IMG/VR virus record: IMGVR_UViG_2660237930_000001
Length of the DNA: 12,927 bases
Direction: 5' to 3' (one strand)
Source of the DNA: a virus
Lineage: Duplodnaviria; Heunggongvirae; Uroviricota; Caudoviricetes
In this document: one piece after another, positions 1 through 9,723 of the stretch
How positions within the stretch are numbered: position 1 is the stretch's first letter
Layout: every line of letters begins with the position of its first letter
Made by a program: the position numbers and the translations under genes
The notes under the pieces: model-generated
Database searches by the model: none
What the model saw: the letters and a program-made list of their open reading frames with translations, nothing else
What the model was told of the DNA's origin: nothing

Positions 1-2665
<2,665 letters not shown>

Positions 2666-2691
<26 letters not shown>

Positions 2692-3211
2692 TCAGCAACC
2701 CCGGTATCAGTTCATCCAGCGCGGCTGCTTTGTTCATGGCTTTGATGATATCCCGTTTCAGGAAATCAACATGTCGGTTTTCCAGTTCCGGAAAACGCCG
2801 CTGCACCGACAGGGGGATCCCGTCGAGAATACTGGCAATTTCACCTGCGATACGCGACAGCACGAAAGTACAGAATGCGGTTTCCACCACTTCAGCGGAG
2901 TCTCTGGCATTTTTCAGCTCCTGTGCATCGGCCTGCGCACGCGTAAGTCGATGGCGTTCGTACTCAATAGTCCCTGGCTGGAGATCTGTCTCGCTGGCCT
3001 GCAGCAGTTCTTCAACCTCCCGGCGCAGCTTTTCGTTCTCAATTTCAGCATCCCTTTCGGCATACCATTTTATGACGGCGGCAGAGTCATAAAGCACCTC
3101 ATTACCCTTGCCACCGCCTCGCAGAACGGGCATTCCCTGTTCCTGCCAGTTCTGAATGGTACGGATACTCGCACCGAAAATGTCAGCCAGCTGCTTTTTG
3201 TTGACTTCCAT
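2666..3211 (-). CDS. Nu1: Terminase small subunit gpNu1
   Basis: 181-aa ORF MEVNKKQLADIFGASIRTIQNWQEQGMPV... matches lambda Nu1 (N-terminal DNA-binding region); lies immediately beside the cos site. Confidence 0.95.
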
Positions 3212-3239
3212 TGCTCATTCCACGGACAAAAACAGAGAA

Positions 3240-3440
3240 AGGAAACGACAGAGGCCAAAAAGCTCGCTTTCAGGACCTGTCGTTTCCTTTCTTTTCAGGG
3301 GGTGTTTTAAATAAAAACATTAGGTTACGGCGAAGAAGAACGGAAACACCTTAAACCGGAAAATTTTCATAAATAGCGAAAACCCGCGAGGTCGCCGCCC
3401 CGTAACCTGTCGGATCGCCGGAAAGGACCCGTTGGCCGTT
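3240..3440. other. cos: cos packaging site: cosB (3240-3388), cosN 12-nt cohesive end AGGTCGCCGCCC (3389-3400, reverse complement of GGGCGGCGACCT), cosQ-side right-end sequence (3401-3432)
   Basis: 3300-3400 is the reverse complement of the lambda left end as I recall it (GGGCGGCGACCTCGCGGGTTTTCGCTATTTATGAAAATTTTCCGG...). 3401-3432 matches the lambda right end (...CGGATCGCCGGAAAGGACCCGT). Inverted GGAAACGACAG / CTGTCGTTTCC elements at about 3240-3290 resemble terminase R sites. Confidence 0.85.
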
Positions 3441-3878
3441 CTGGTCTACTTCGTAATGGGATTTAATAGCTGAACGACAAAAGTCTTGCGACCACAGTCA
3501 CACAGACCTGAATACACGTCCTGTTTCTTCCACCCCCGCACAGGACTGGCGAGCATGAGGGCCCCCCCCCCGCGAACCATAAACGCGGTAAAAACCCGGT
3601 GTGCATCGTTTTTGATTATTCCCGCACACTCACGCAGAAGGAATTCCCCGTCGGGCTACGGTCATGGTTAATGCGGGAATACGGCGACGATACAGCGCAG
3701 CTAAAAGGGTAATGGACAGATAGAGCGGTTTATTTCATTCCACAGGATTCTGAGTGCCTCCCTCCGCCAATAGGCTGAGCATCCACCTATATAGTTTTAA
3801 TTTTCATCAATCCATTTAACTATCGTTTAATTGTTGTCACATAGGATTCTGCCGTTTTTAACAATGCAGGATAATAAG

Positions 3879-4172
3879 ATGAAAAAAATGTTGTTTTCTG
3901 CCGCTCTGGCAATGCTTATTACAGGATGTGCTCAACAGACGTTTACTGTTGGAAACAAACCGACAGCAGTAACACCAAAGGAAACCATCACCCATCATTT
4001 CTTCGTTTCGGGAATTGGACAGGAGAAAACTGTGGATGCAGCCAAAATTTGTGGCGGCGCAGAAAATGTTGTTAAAACAGAAACCCAGCAAACATTCGTA
4101 AATGGATTGCTCGGTTTTATTACTTTAGGCATTTATACTCCGCTGGAAGCGCGTGTCTATTGCTCACAATAA
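3879..4172 (+). CDS. bor: Bor lipoprotein (serum-resistance lipoprotein), lambda-type
   Basis: The 3831-4172 track ORF contains MKKMLFSAALAMLITGCAQQTFTV...EARVYCSQ; the ATG at 3879 gives a 97-aa protein with a lipobox (LITGC) matching lambda Bor as recalled. Opposite strand to the lysis genes, as in lambda. Confidence 0.9.
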   Translation: MKKMLFSAALAMLITGCAQQTFTVGNKPTAVTPKETITHHFFVSGIGQEKTVDAAKICGGAENVVKTETQQTFVNGLLGFITLGIYTPLEARVYCSQ

Positions 4173-4178
4173 TTGCAT

Positions 4179-4204
4179 GAGTTGCCCATCGATATGGGCA
4201 GCTC
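4179..4204. terminator. Hairpin between convergent bor and Rz (bidirectional terminator candidate)
   Basis: GAGTTGCCCAT-CGAT-ATGGGCAGCTC forms a stem of about 11 bp directly between the 3' ends of bor (+) and Rz (-); a similar hairpin is present at this position in lambda as I recall. Confidence 0.5.
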
Positions 4205-4665
4205 TATCTGCACTGCTCATTAATATACTTCTGGGTTCCTTCCAGTTGTTTTTGCATCGTGATCAGCCTCTCTCTGAGGGTGAAATAATCCCGTTCAGCG
4301 GTGTCTGCCAGTCGGGGGGAGGCTGCATTATCCACGCCGGAGGCGGTGGTGGCTTCACGCACTGACTGACAGACTGCTTTGATGTGCAACCGACGACGAC
4401 CAGCGGCAACATCATCACGCAGAGCATCATTTTCAGCTTTCGCATCAGCTAACTCCTTCGTGTATTTTGCATCGAGCGCAGCAACATCACGCTGACGCAT
4501 CTGCATGTCAGTAATTGCCGCATTCGCCAGCTTCAGTTCTCTGGCATTTTTGTCGCGCTGGGCTTTGTAGGTAATGGCGTTATCACGGTAATGATTAACA
4601 GTCCATAACAGGCAGACGATGATGCAGATGAGCAGAGCGGAGATAATCGCGGTTAACCGACTCAT
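4204..4665 (-). CDS. Rz: Spanin inner-membrane subunit Rz (i-spanin)
   Basis: The 4204-4794 track ORF contains [45 protein letters not shown]...KYINEQCR, matching lambda Rz (153 aa) from the ATG at 4665. The N-terminal extension in the track is read-through of the endolysin 3' end. Confidence 0.9.
   Translation of the reverse strand: MSRLTAIISALLICIIVCLLWTVNHYRDNAITYKAQRDKNARELKLANAAITDMQMRQRDVAALDAKYTKELADAKAENDALRDDVAAGRRRLHIKAVCQSVREATTASGVDNAASPRLADTAERDYFTLRERLITMQKQLEGTQKYINEQCR
4263..4445 (-). CDS. Rz1: Spanin outer-membrane lipoprotein subunit Rz1 (o-spanin), embedded in Rz in the +1 frame
   Basis: 60-aa [63 protein letters not shown]: lipobox (VVGC), proline-rich, entirely inside Rz, matching lambda Rz1 as recalled. 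Confidence 0.85.
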   Translation of the reverse strand: MRKLKMMLCVMMLPLVVVGCTSKQSVSQCVKPPPPPAWIMQPPPDWQTPLNGIISPSERG

Positions 4666-4820
4666 GACATCAACACTCCAACAGCCAGAAACCACGGCCA
4701 CGCATCGTTGCCATTGAATGCGAGCAACGCTGCCATGAAAAAGCAAATCATGCTCATTGTTGCCCCCACAAACAGACTTCACGCTCAATCTCACGGCGAG
4801 TCATCAGCCCTTTCCATTGC

Positions 4821-5252
4821 TTACCGCCAGCGTATGTCCAGCGCCGTAGAATGATCACATGCGCCTTTGATATCGCCCTGGTTTATTTTGCGAAGAAGCG
4901 TCGATGTTCTGAAATTGCCAGCGCCCACGTTGTAAACGAATGAGTAAAGAGCGCCGCGCGTTGTTTCCGGTATATCGACTGTGATGTACGGGTTAATTTG
5001 TCTGGCGACAGTGGCAAGGTCTTTATTCAGGAGGGCTTTGCATTCTGCTTCGGTATACGTTTTACCGAGCATGATGTCTTTTCCGGTGTGTCCGTGACAT
5101 ACAGTCCATACGCCAACGATATCTTTGTATGGTATGTAGCTGACACCTTCCAGGCCATCGTCACCACTCGGACCAGTGATGAGCACAGACGCTATGGCAA
5201 CAGCCCCACCACCAATAGCAGCAGCAATAGCCTTGCGTAATGATGGCGACAT
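4821..5252 (-). CDS. R: Phage-21-type SAR endolysin (T4-lysozyme family), apparently truncated by a +1 frameshift; the C-terminal about 30 aa continue in another frame to a stop at 4754-4756
   Basis: 143-aa [62 protein letters not shown]... has an N-terminal signal-anchor-release segment and lysozyme core. The frame shifted by one nucleotide across 4850-4853 reads ...[32 protein letters not shown], ending just upstream of the Rz start. Confidence 0.85.
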
Positions 5253-5467
5253 TATTCACCTCTCGCAGCCTTACGCTTATCTTCTTTAATCTTGAAATAA
5301 AGGTTTGTCAGATACGTCAGCAAGCCAAATACCAGACTACCCAGCACACCTATTGCCGCCCACTGTGAGGGCGTGACTTTATCGAGCAACTGTAAAAACC
5401 AGTACCCGGCACTACCTGCTGAGGTGCCATAGGCGACACCCGTTGTTAACTTATCCATGGATTTCAT
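5252..5467 (-). CDS. S: Class II holin / pinholin (S21-type) with dual-start motif
   Basis: 71-aa [74 protein letters not shown]. Met1/Met4 (MKSM) dual start; two transmembrane segments; GGAGGTGGGG Shine-Dalgarno (reverse complement of 5471-5480) upstream; stop overlaps the R start. Confidence 0.9.
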
Positions 5468-5590
5468 AACCCCACCTCGCAGACAAAGCGGGTGTAAATT
5501 AAGGGGATACTACGTATCGCAATAAAGGCAGAAACGTAACAGATTTGGAGTCAGTGAATAACTCAGGTATTGGGTTATCAGCTAATATCG

Positions 5591-5630
5591 AGACTCAAAA
5601 AATGGAAAAACCCGCTCGACGGCGGGTTTA
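5591..5630 (-). terminator. Rho-independent terminator candidate for minus-strand transcription, about 140 bp upstream of S
   Basis: AAACCCGC-(loop)-GCGGGTTT stem (5608-5629); on the minus strand it is followed by TTCCATTTTTTGAG (U-rich). The plus-strand downstream sequence is not U-rich. Confidence 0.4.
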
Positions 5631-5700
5631 AGCTGTGTGACGAAGTAACCACTCTTAACAGCATAACCAATTTTTTACGTACGTAAACTACTAAATGATA

Positions 5701-5744
5701 TTTGTGAGAATGCAGACGGGGCTACTGATTTTTTGTGAGAATGC
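5701..5744. repeat. Two perfect 13-bp direct repeats TTTGTGAGAATGC (5701-5713 and 5732-5744), 31 bp start-to-start
   Basis: Read directly from the sequence; the flanks are also similar (CTAAATGATA / CTACTGATTT upstream). Lies in the AT-rich intergenic region between S (-) and the porin gene (+). Confidence 0.6.
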
Positions 5745-6004
5745 CACCGAGTGTTCAAAACACCACCACAAATACATAAGAAAACTTCAACAAATAACCA
5801 AATAACCAATGAATAATTTCCGATGTTATTTTTAGTTTGTTTAAATTAAGCTAAAGAATTATAGAGCGCTTATAAATAAGTGCCATTAATATAAATTAGC
5901 TAATAGATTTATTTTCGTTCAAACAAGAGCCATGAATAGGATTAGATAGAAAAGGTTCAGATAAAAATAGAGATCTACTTCACAAATTAAATGAGAAACT
6001 AAAA

Positions 6005-6024
6005 CTTACATCTTGAAATAATCG
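6005..6024 (+). promoter_or_regulatory. OmpR-box-like sequence upstream of the porin gene
   Basis: TTACATCTTGAAATAATC resembles the ompC C1 OmpR site (TTTACATTTTGAAACATCTA) as recalled; about 75-90 bp upstream of the porin start in a strongly AT-rich region. Confidence 0.3.
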
Positions 6025-6095
6025 CATTGATTAGATGAATATTTATCGCGCAGTGACATCATTTTTTAATAATAGTTCAAAAAAAAGGGCGTACA

Positions 6096-7178
6096 ATGAA
6101 AAAATTAACAGTGGCAATTTCTGCTGTAGCTGCATCAGTACTGATGGCGATGTCTGCTCAGGCAGCTGAAATTTATAATAAAGACAGTAACAAGCTGGAT
6201 CTATACGGGAAAGTTAATGCCAAGCACTACTTTTCCTCTAATGATGCAGATGATGGTGATACTACTTATGCCCGTCTTGGCTTCAAAGGTGAAACCCAAA
6301 TCAACGATCAACTGACTGGTTTCGGTCAGTGGGAATATGAATTCAAAGGCAACCGTGCTGAATCTCAAGGTTCTTCCAAAGACAAAACCCGTCTTGCATT
6401 TGCAGGCCTGAAATTTGGTGATTACGGCTCAATCGATTACGGCCGTAACTACGGTGTAGCATACGACATCGGTGCGTGGACTGACGTCCTGCCAGAATTC
6501 GGTGGTGATACCTGGACCCAAACAGATGTGTTCATGACTGGTCGCACTACTGGTGTTGCAACTTATCGTAACAACGACTTCTTTGGTCTGGTCGATGGCC
6601 TGAACTTTGCTGCTCAGTATCAGGGTAAAAATGACCGCACTGACGTAACTGAAGCCAACGGTGATGGTTTCGGTTTCTCCACTACTTATGAGTATGAAGG
6701 ATTCGGCGTGGGTGCAACCTATGCTAAATCAGATCGCACTGACGGTCAGGTCGCCTATGGTAAGAGCAAATTCAATGCCTCCGGCAAAAATGCGGAAGTA
6801 TGGGCTGCAGGCCTGAAATATGATGCGAACAATATCTATCTGGCTACCACATATTCTGAAACTCAGAATATGACCGTTTTTGGTAATAACCATATTGCAA
6901 ACAAAGCACAAAACTTTGAAGCAGTAGCACAATATCAGTTTGACTTCGGTCTGCGACCATCTGTTGCTTACCTTCAGTCAAAAGGTAAAGACCTTGGTGT
7001 TCATGGTGACCGAGACTTAGTCAAGTATGTCGATGTCGGTGCTACTTACTACTTTAATAAAAACATGTCCACTTTTGTTGATTACAAAATCAACTTAATT
7101 GACGATAGTAAGTTTACCAAAACAGCTGGTATTGATACCGACGACATCGTCGCTGTAGGTCTGGTTTATCAGTTCTAA
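6096..7178 (+). CDS. nmpC: Outer-membrane general porin of the OmpC/OmpF family (NmpC / phage Lc-type), prophage moron between Q and the lysis genes
   Basis: 360-aa ORF with signal peptide [30 protein letters not shown]..., porin hallmarks and C-terminal ...VGLVYQF. GGG Shine-Dalgarno 6 nt upstream. Opposite strand to the late genes, as for nmpC in DLP12 and lc in PA-2. Confidence 0.9.
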   Translation: MKKLTVAISAVAASVLMAMSAQAAEIYNKDSNKLDLYGKVNAKHYFSSNDADDGDTTYARLGFKGETQINDQLTGFGQWEYEFKGNRAESQGSSKDKTRLAFAGLKFGDYGSIDYGRNYGVAYDIGAWTDVLPEFGGDTWTQTDVFMTGRTTGVATYRNNDFFGLVDGLNFAAQYQGKNDRTDVTEANGDGFGFSTTYEYEGFGVGATYAKSDRTDGQVAYGKSKFNASGKNAEVWAAGLKYDANNIYLATTYSETQNMTVFGNNHIANKAQNFEAVAQYQFDFGLRPSVAYLQSKGKDLGVHGDRDLVKYVDVGATYYFNKNMSTFVDYKINLIDDSKFTKTAGIDTDDIVAVGLVYQF

Positions 7179-7195
7179 TCTGACTTACGAAAAAG

Positions 7196-7229
7196 ATATG
7201 TTGCGGGAGGCTTTGCCTCCGCAACATAT
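7196..7229 (-). terminator. Strong hairpin with U-run on the minus strand; candidate late-operon terminator (tR'-like) about 140-170 nt downstream of Q
   Basis: ATATGTTGCGG(G)AGGC-TTT-GCCTCCGCAACATAT gives a stem of about 14 bp with one bulge. On the minus strand it is followed by CTTTTTCG; on the plus strand the downstream sequence is not U-rich. Confidence 0.4.
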
Positions 7230-7316
7230 AAGTGGAGCCCTCAAGCCACTTCCTTTAGAAGCACTACCTTGCTTCTTACTATATAAACCTTCTGTTATAT
7301 ATTACCCTTTATTTTG

Positions 7317-7340
7317 GGGGCGTTTCCACGCCCCATTTTT
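7317..7340 (+). terminator. Rho-independent terminator candidate on the plus strand (porin transcript)
   Basis: GGGGCGT-TTCC-ACGCCCC (7-bp GC-rich stem) followed by ATTTTT (7335-7340). Confidence 0.45.
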
Positions 7341-7366
7341 AATAACTTTTAGTAAACAATTGCATA

Positions 7367-7750
7367 TCAATTAGAATTATTAGCAACGATATCCATATCT
7401 AACCGGATATCTAATGCCATTAACATCCCTTCAATTATGCCCTCAGCCTTCTGTAACCTTTTCCCGATATAACCATCCGAGCAGCAATGCTTACTTGCCA
7501 GTGACATGAATGTCATACCACATACATAATAATCTACTAATAAATCGTGTAAATCGCTGTTGTTCTTTTTCAGACGGGCCATGCACCCGCAAATGATCAT
7601 CGCGTCATCGTCACAACATTGCGGGCGAGATTTTACTTTTGAAGGAATTAATCCCTTAAAACCGGCGGCAACGGACGACCAGGTCACATCTTCATGATTA
7701 TTAGCCGCCCACGCTCCCCAACGCTCAAGAACCATCTGAATATCACGCAT
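7367..7750 (-). CDS. quuD: Late-gene antiterminator Q (phage 82 / DLP12 QuuD type)
   Basis: The 132-aa track ORF contains [26 protein letters not shown]...[18 protein letters not shown]...; 127 aa from the ATG at 7750, which has a GGAG Shine-Dalgarno 7 nt upstream. The track start at 7765 is a TTG. Matches DLP12 QuuD as recalled. Confidence 0.85.
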   Translation of the reverse strand: MRDIQMVLERWGAWAANNHEDVTWSSVAAGFKGLIPSKVKSRPQCCDDDAMIICGCMARLKKNNSDLHDLLVDYYVCGMTFMSLASKHCCSDGYIGKRLQKAEGIIEGMLMALDIRLDMDIVANNSN

Positions 7751-7835
7751 CAACTTACTCCACAAAAATCAGACCAGAACGCCAATTACAAGCAAAAATC
7801 AACAAAACAGTATTAGTTGATTGTTATCTCTGACT

Positions 7836-7976
7836 TCATACTCCTGCTCCTGTCAGGGTTTTGGCGTAATTCTTCAGTATTCGGTAATCGGTCAAAACAG
7901 AACCAGGAAAACGATAGAAGCGCAGGCGCACCCAGCGGCGGCGAAGACGCTCTGCCATATAAGACTCAAACATCAT
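7836..7976 (-). CDS. ylcG: Small nin-region protein YlcG-like (46 aa)
   Basis: Manually translated: [46 protein letters not shown]. The start overlaps the rusA stop (ATGATG/TGA); position between rusA and Q matches DLP12 ylcG. Below the ORF-track size cutoff. Confidence 0.55.
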   Translation of the reverse strand: MMFESYMAERLRRRWVRLRFYRFPGSVLTDYRILKNYAKTLTGAGV

Positions 7977-8335
7977 TCATCTCCCAGTTCGGTGATGGTC
8001 AGCTCCAGCTTCCCACCTTTGGTAACGGGCATCTTCACAACACGGTAATCAACGACCTGAATATCATCCAGCCAGAAACCTGCTTTGGTGAGTGCGTCAA
8101 AAGCGGCTTTTTGCAGATTATCCAGGTCACGGCGACGGCGATCCGGCATGTGGCACTCAATACGGATTTTCACTGGCATAGCCAAGCCGATATCCAGCAT
8201 TGCGTTTTTAATGATTCGGGCGACGTTATCGCAGTATGCCTGCCCCTCTGCGCTGACGTGCGTGCGCCCACGATTATGGCGGTAATAGCGATTATTGCTC
8301 GGAGGCCAAGGTAATGTGATGCTGTAGGTATTCAC
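7973..8335 (-). CDS. rusA: Holliday-junction resolvase RusA
   Basis: 120-aa [37 protein letters not shown]...[27 protein letters not shown]..., matching E. coli RusA as recalled, with the catalytic Asp-rich region. Confidence 0.9.
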   Translation of the reverse strand: MNTYSITLPWPPSNNRYYRHNRGRTHVSAEGQAYCDNVARIIKNAMLDIGLAMPVKIRIECHMPDRRRRDLDNLQKAAFDALTKAGFWLDDIQVVDYRVVKMPVTKGGKLELTITELGDE

Positions 8336-8622
8336 GCCTCAATAACCCCCTCTTTCAACCAGATAACCTGTGTTCTCGCCATACCTTCCAGCGCGCATTC
8401 TTTTGCATATCCAGCGTCAACAAAATGCGTGCGACGGTCGATTTCGTCGTGGCAGGCAGAACATGCAATGGTGGCAATCAGGTCTGGCGGTTTGATACCG
8501 GTACCGCACAATCCAGCCAGCCGGATATGTGCCAGTACTGACGTTTCAGGATTGCCATTACATACGCCAGGGATTCTTACCTGGCATTCCCGACCACGCG
8601 CTGCTTTTCTCAAATCAGCCAT
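8332..8622 (-). CDS. ybcO: YbcO-like prophage protein (DUF1364; putative metal-dependent nuclease)
   Basis: The track ORF contains [42 protein letters not shown]...ACHDEIDRR...; ATG at 8622 with a GGAGG Shine-Dalgarno upstream; Cys/His-rich. Matches DLP12 YbcO as recalled. Confidence 0.8.
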   Translation of the reverse strand: MADLRKAARGRECQVRIPGVCNGNPETSVLAHIRLAGLCGTGIKPPDLIATIACSACHDEIDRRTHFVDAGYAKECALEGMARTQVIWLKEGVIEA

Positions 8623-8785
8623 GATTCCTCCTTGCTGCCAGTCGCAACCATTTTTTATCAACCAGGCTGGCGGTATACCCGAGCAGTGTTGGTATTTCGG
8701 ATGGCTTCAGCTCAGGTTTACGCTTACGACGATTTGGTACTTTGTAGATGTGTCCGTTCATGATACGAATAAGCGGTGTAGCCAT
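8615..8785 (-). CDS. ninE: NinE-like protein (56 aa)
   Basis: Manually translated: [56 protein letters not shown]. The start overlaps the ybcN stop (TAATG) and the stop overlaps the ybcO start; position and basic character fit NinE. Confidence 0.6.
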   Translation of the reverse strand: MATPLIRIMNGHIYKVPNRRKRKPELKPSEIPTLLGYTASLVDKKWLRLAARRNHG

Positions 8786-9240
8786 TACGCCTCCTGCTTG
8801 TCGCGCAGCAGCTGGAACTCGCAGCGCTGCGGAATAGTCAGGTGGCAGCCAATATTCATCGCCCAGGCTTCAACCTTACACAGGAAGACATACATCTCTC
8901 CGGTATCAAGATCGGAGGTATGGCGTAACGACTGGATAGTAGTGATTTCGCCGGTTACGACATCAACCAGGTCCTTGGTTTCATAACCGAGGTATGTGTG
9001 TTTGAGAGCATCTTTTACCCATGCTGCGGTAGCGAACGATTTCCCCCTGCTGATGAGGTATTCACTGATTTCGCTGTACCACATATGGCTGAGTGCATTC
9101 TGGGAAAGACTGCGTTTCTCACGCCACGGTTTAAGCACCATGCGAAAGCATTTTCCGTCCTCCAGATAAGGCTGGATCTGCTGGCCGAAAGCGGTGAAGT
9201 TGCCGCGATGCAATTTGATGCCATCTTGTGGGAGGTTCAC
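8785..9240 (-). CDS. ybcN: YbcN-like nin-region protein (DUF1367; reported DNA base-flipping protein)
   Basis: 151-aa [61 protein letters not shown]... matching DLP12 YbcN as recalled. GTG start at 9240 with a GGAGG Shine-Dalgarno (reverse complement of 9247-9251). Confidence 0.85.
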   Translation of the reverse strand: MNLPQDGIKLHRGNFTAFGQQIQPYLEDGKCFRMVLKPWREKRSLSQNALSHMWYSEISEYLISRGKSFATAAWVKDALKHTYLGYETKDLVDVVTGEITTIQSLRHTSDLDTGEMYVFLCKVEAWAMNIGCHLTIPQRCEFQLLRDKQEA

Positions 9241-9338
9241 GATTCACCTCCGCAGAGGCCAAACGCTGGATGCAAAAAATCGCAGGTGCATTTCTGCATC
9301 TGTGAATGGAGAAGATAGGTTGGATTGTATGTGCGCAT
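9237..9338 (-). CDS. ylcH: Small ORF (33 aa), possibly YlcH-like, translationally coupled to ybcN
   Basis: Manually translated: [38 protein letters not shown] Shine-Dalgarno 6 nt upstream of the ATG at 9338; its stop overlaps the ybcN GTG (GTGA). Same length and position as DLP12 ylcH, but I cannot verify the sequence identity. Confidence 0.4.
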   Translation of the reverse strand: MRTYNPTYLLHSQMQKCTCDFLHPAFGLCGGES

Positions 9339-9723
9339 AAACGTCCCCGTTTAGCGCAGAAGTCACAGGAGTTGTTCAGGCTCCGGTGATACAATTATGG
9401 CGAATTGATTATTCATAATCAAACAAGATAAGGTCTCAAACTTCATGCAAGCCAAGATTTATTTCTGACAGAATTATACAAAGAAGCTATTGGTCAGAAT
9501 CTACTCGGACTGTAAAACATACGCATAACCTTAAGCTCTCACTTTAAGCATTGTTGAAATAATAGCCGTCAAGTACAACCTTAACCACGACTGGGATATT
9601 TCCCTAGCTACCACGAGTTGTACTGCTATTAAACTGCCGTTAAATTCAGTAAGAGAATTTCATCCGATAAGTCAAGGCATGTAAAACATAAAAATTAACA
9701 AGATATTATCATCTGCAACACTA

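Noticed and set aside
2730-3310. Track ORFs 2730-3092 (+), 2771-3310 (+) and 3070-3258 (-) overlapping Nu1 and cosB
   Set aside because: Antisense or out of frame relative to Nu1, or running across the cos terminase-binding repeats; no independent support.
3486-3671. 61-aa ORF between cos and bor containing a poly-proline stretch
   Set aside because: The poly-Pro is simply the translation of the 10-C homopolymer; no ribosome-binding site and no recognisable domain. The tract itself is kept as a finding.
3831-4794. N-terminal extensions of the track ORFs for bor (3831) and Rz (4794), plus antisense ORFs 3858-4091 and 4153-4365
   Set aside because: The real starts are the ATGs at 3879 (bor) and 4665 (Rz), judged from the signal peptide and the match to the lambda proteins. 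The Rz extension is read-through of the endolysin 3' end; the antisense ORFs overlap well-supported genes.
7765-7765. Longer Q start at 7765 (track [13 protein letters not shown]...)
   Set aside because: That start is a TTG with no Shine-Dalgarno sequence; the ATG at 7750 has a GGAG 7 nt upstream and gives the 127-aa Q product.
9268-9300. Inverted repeat GATGCAAAAAAT...ATTTCTGCATC, first considered as an operator upstream of ybcN
   Set aside because: It falls inside the small ylcH-like ORF that is translationally coupled to ybcN, so it is more likely coding sequence; it lacks a terminator-like U-run.
9362-9445. 28-aa minus-strand ORF (MKFETLSCLIMNNQFAIIVSPEPEQLL)
   Set aside because: No Shine-Dalgarno sequence, very short, no recognisable features; not reportable.
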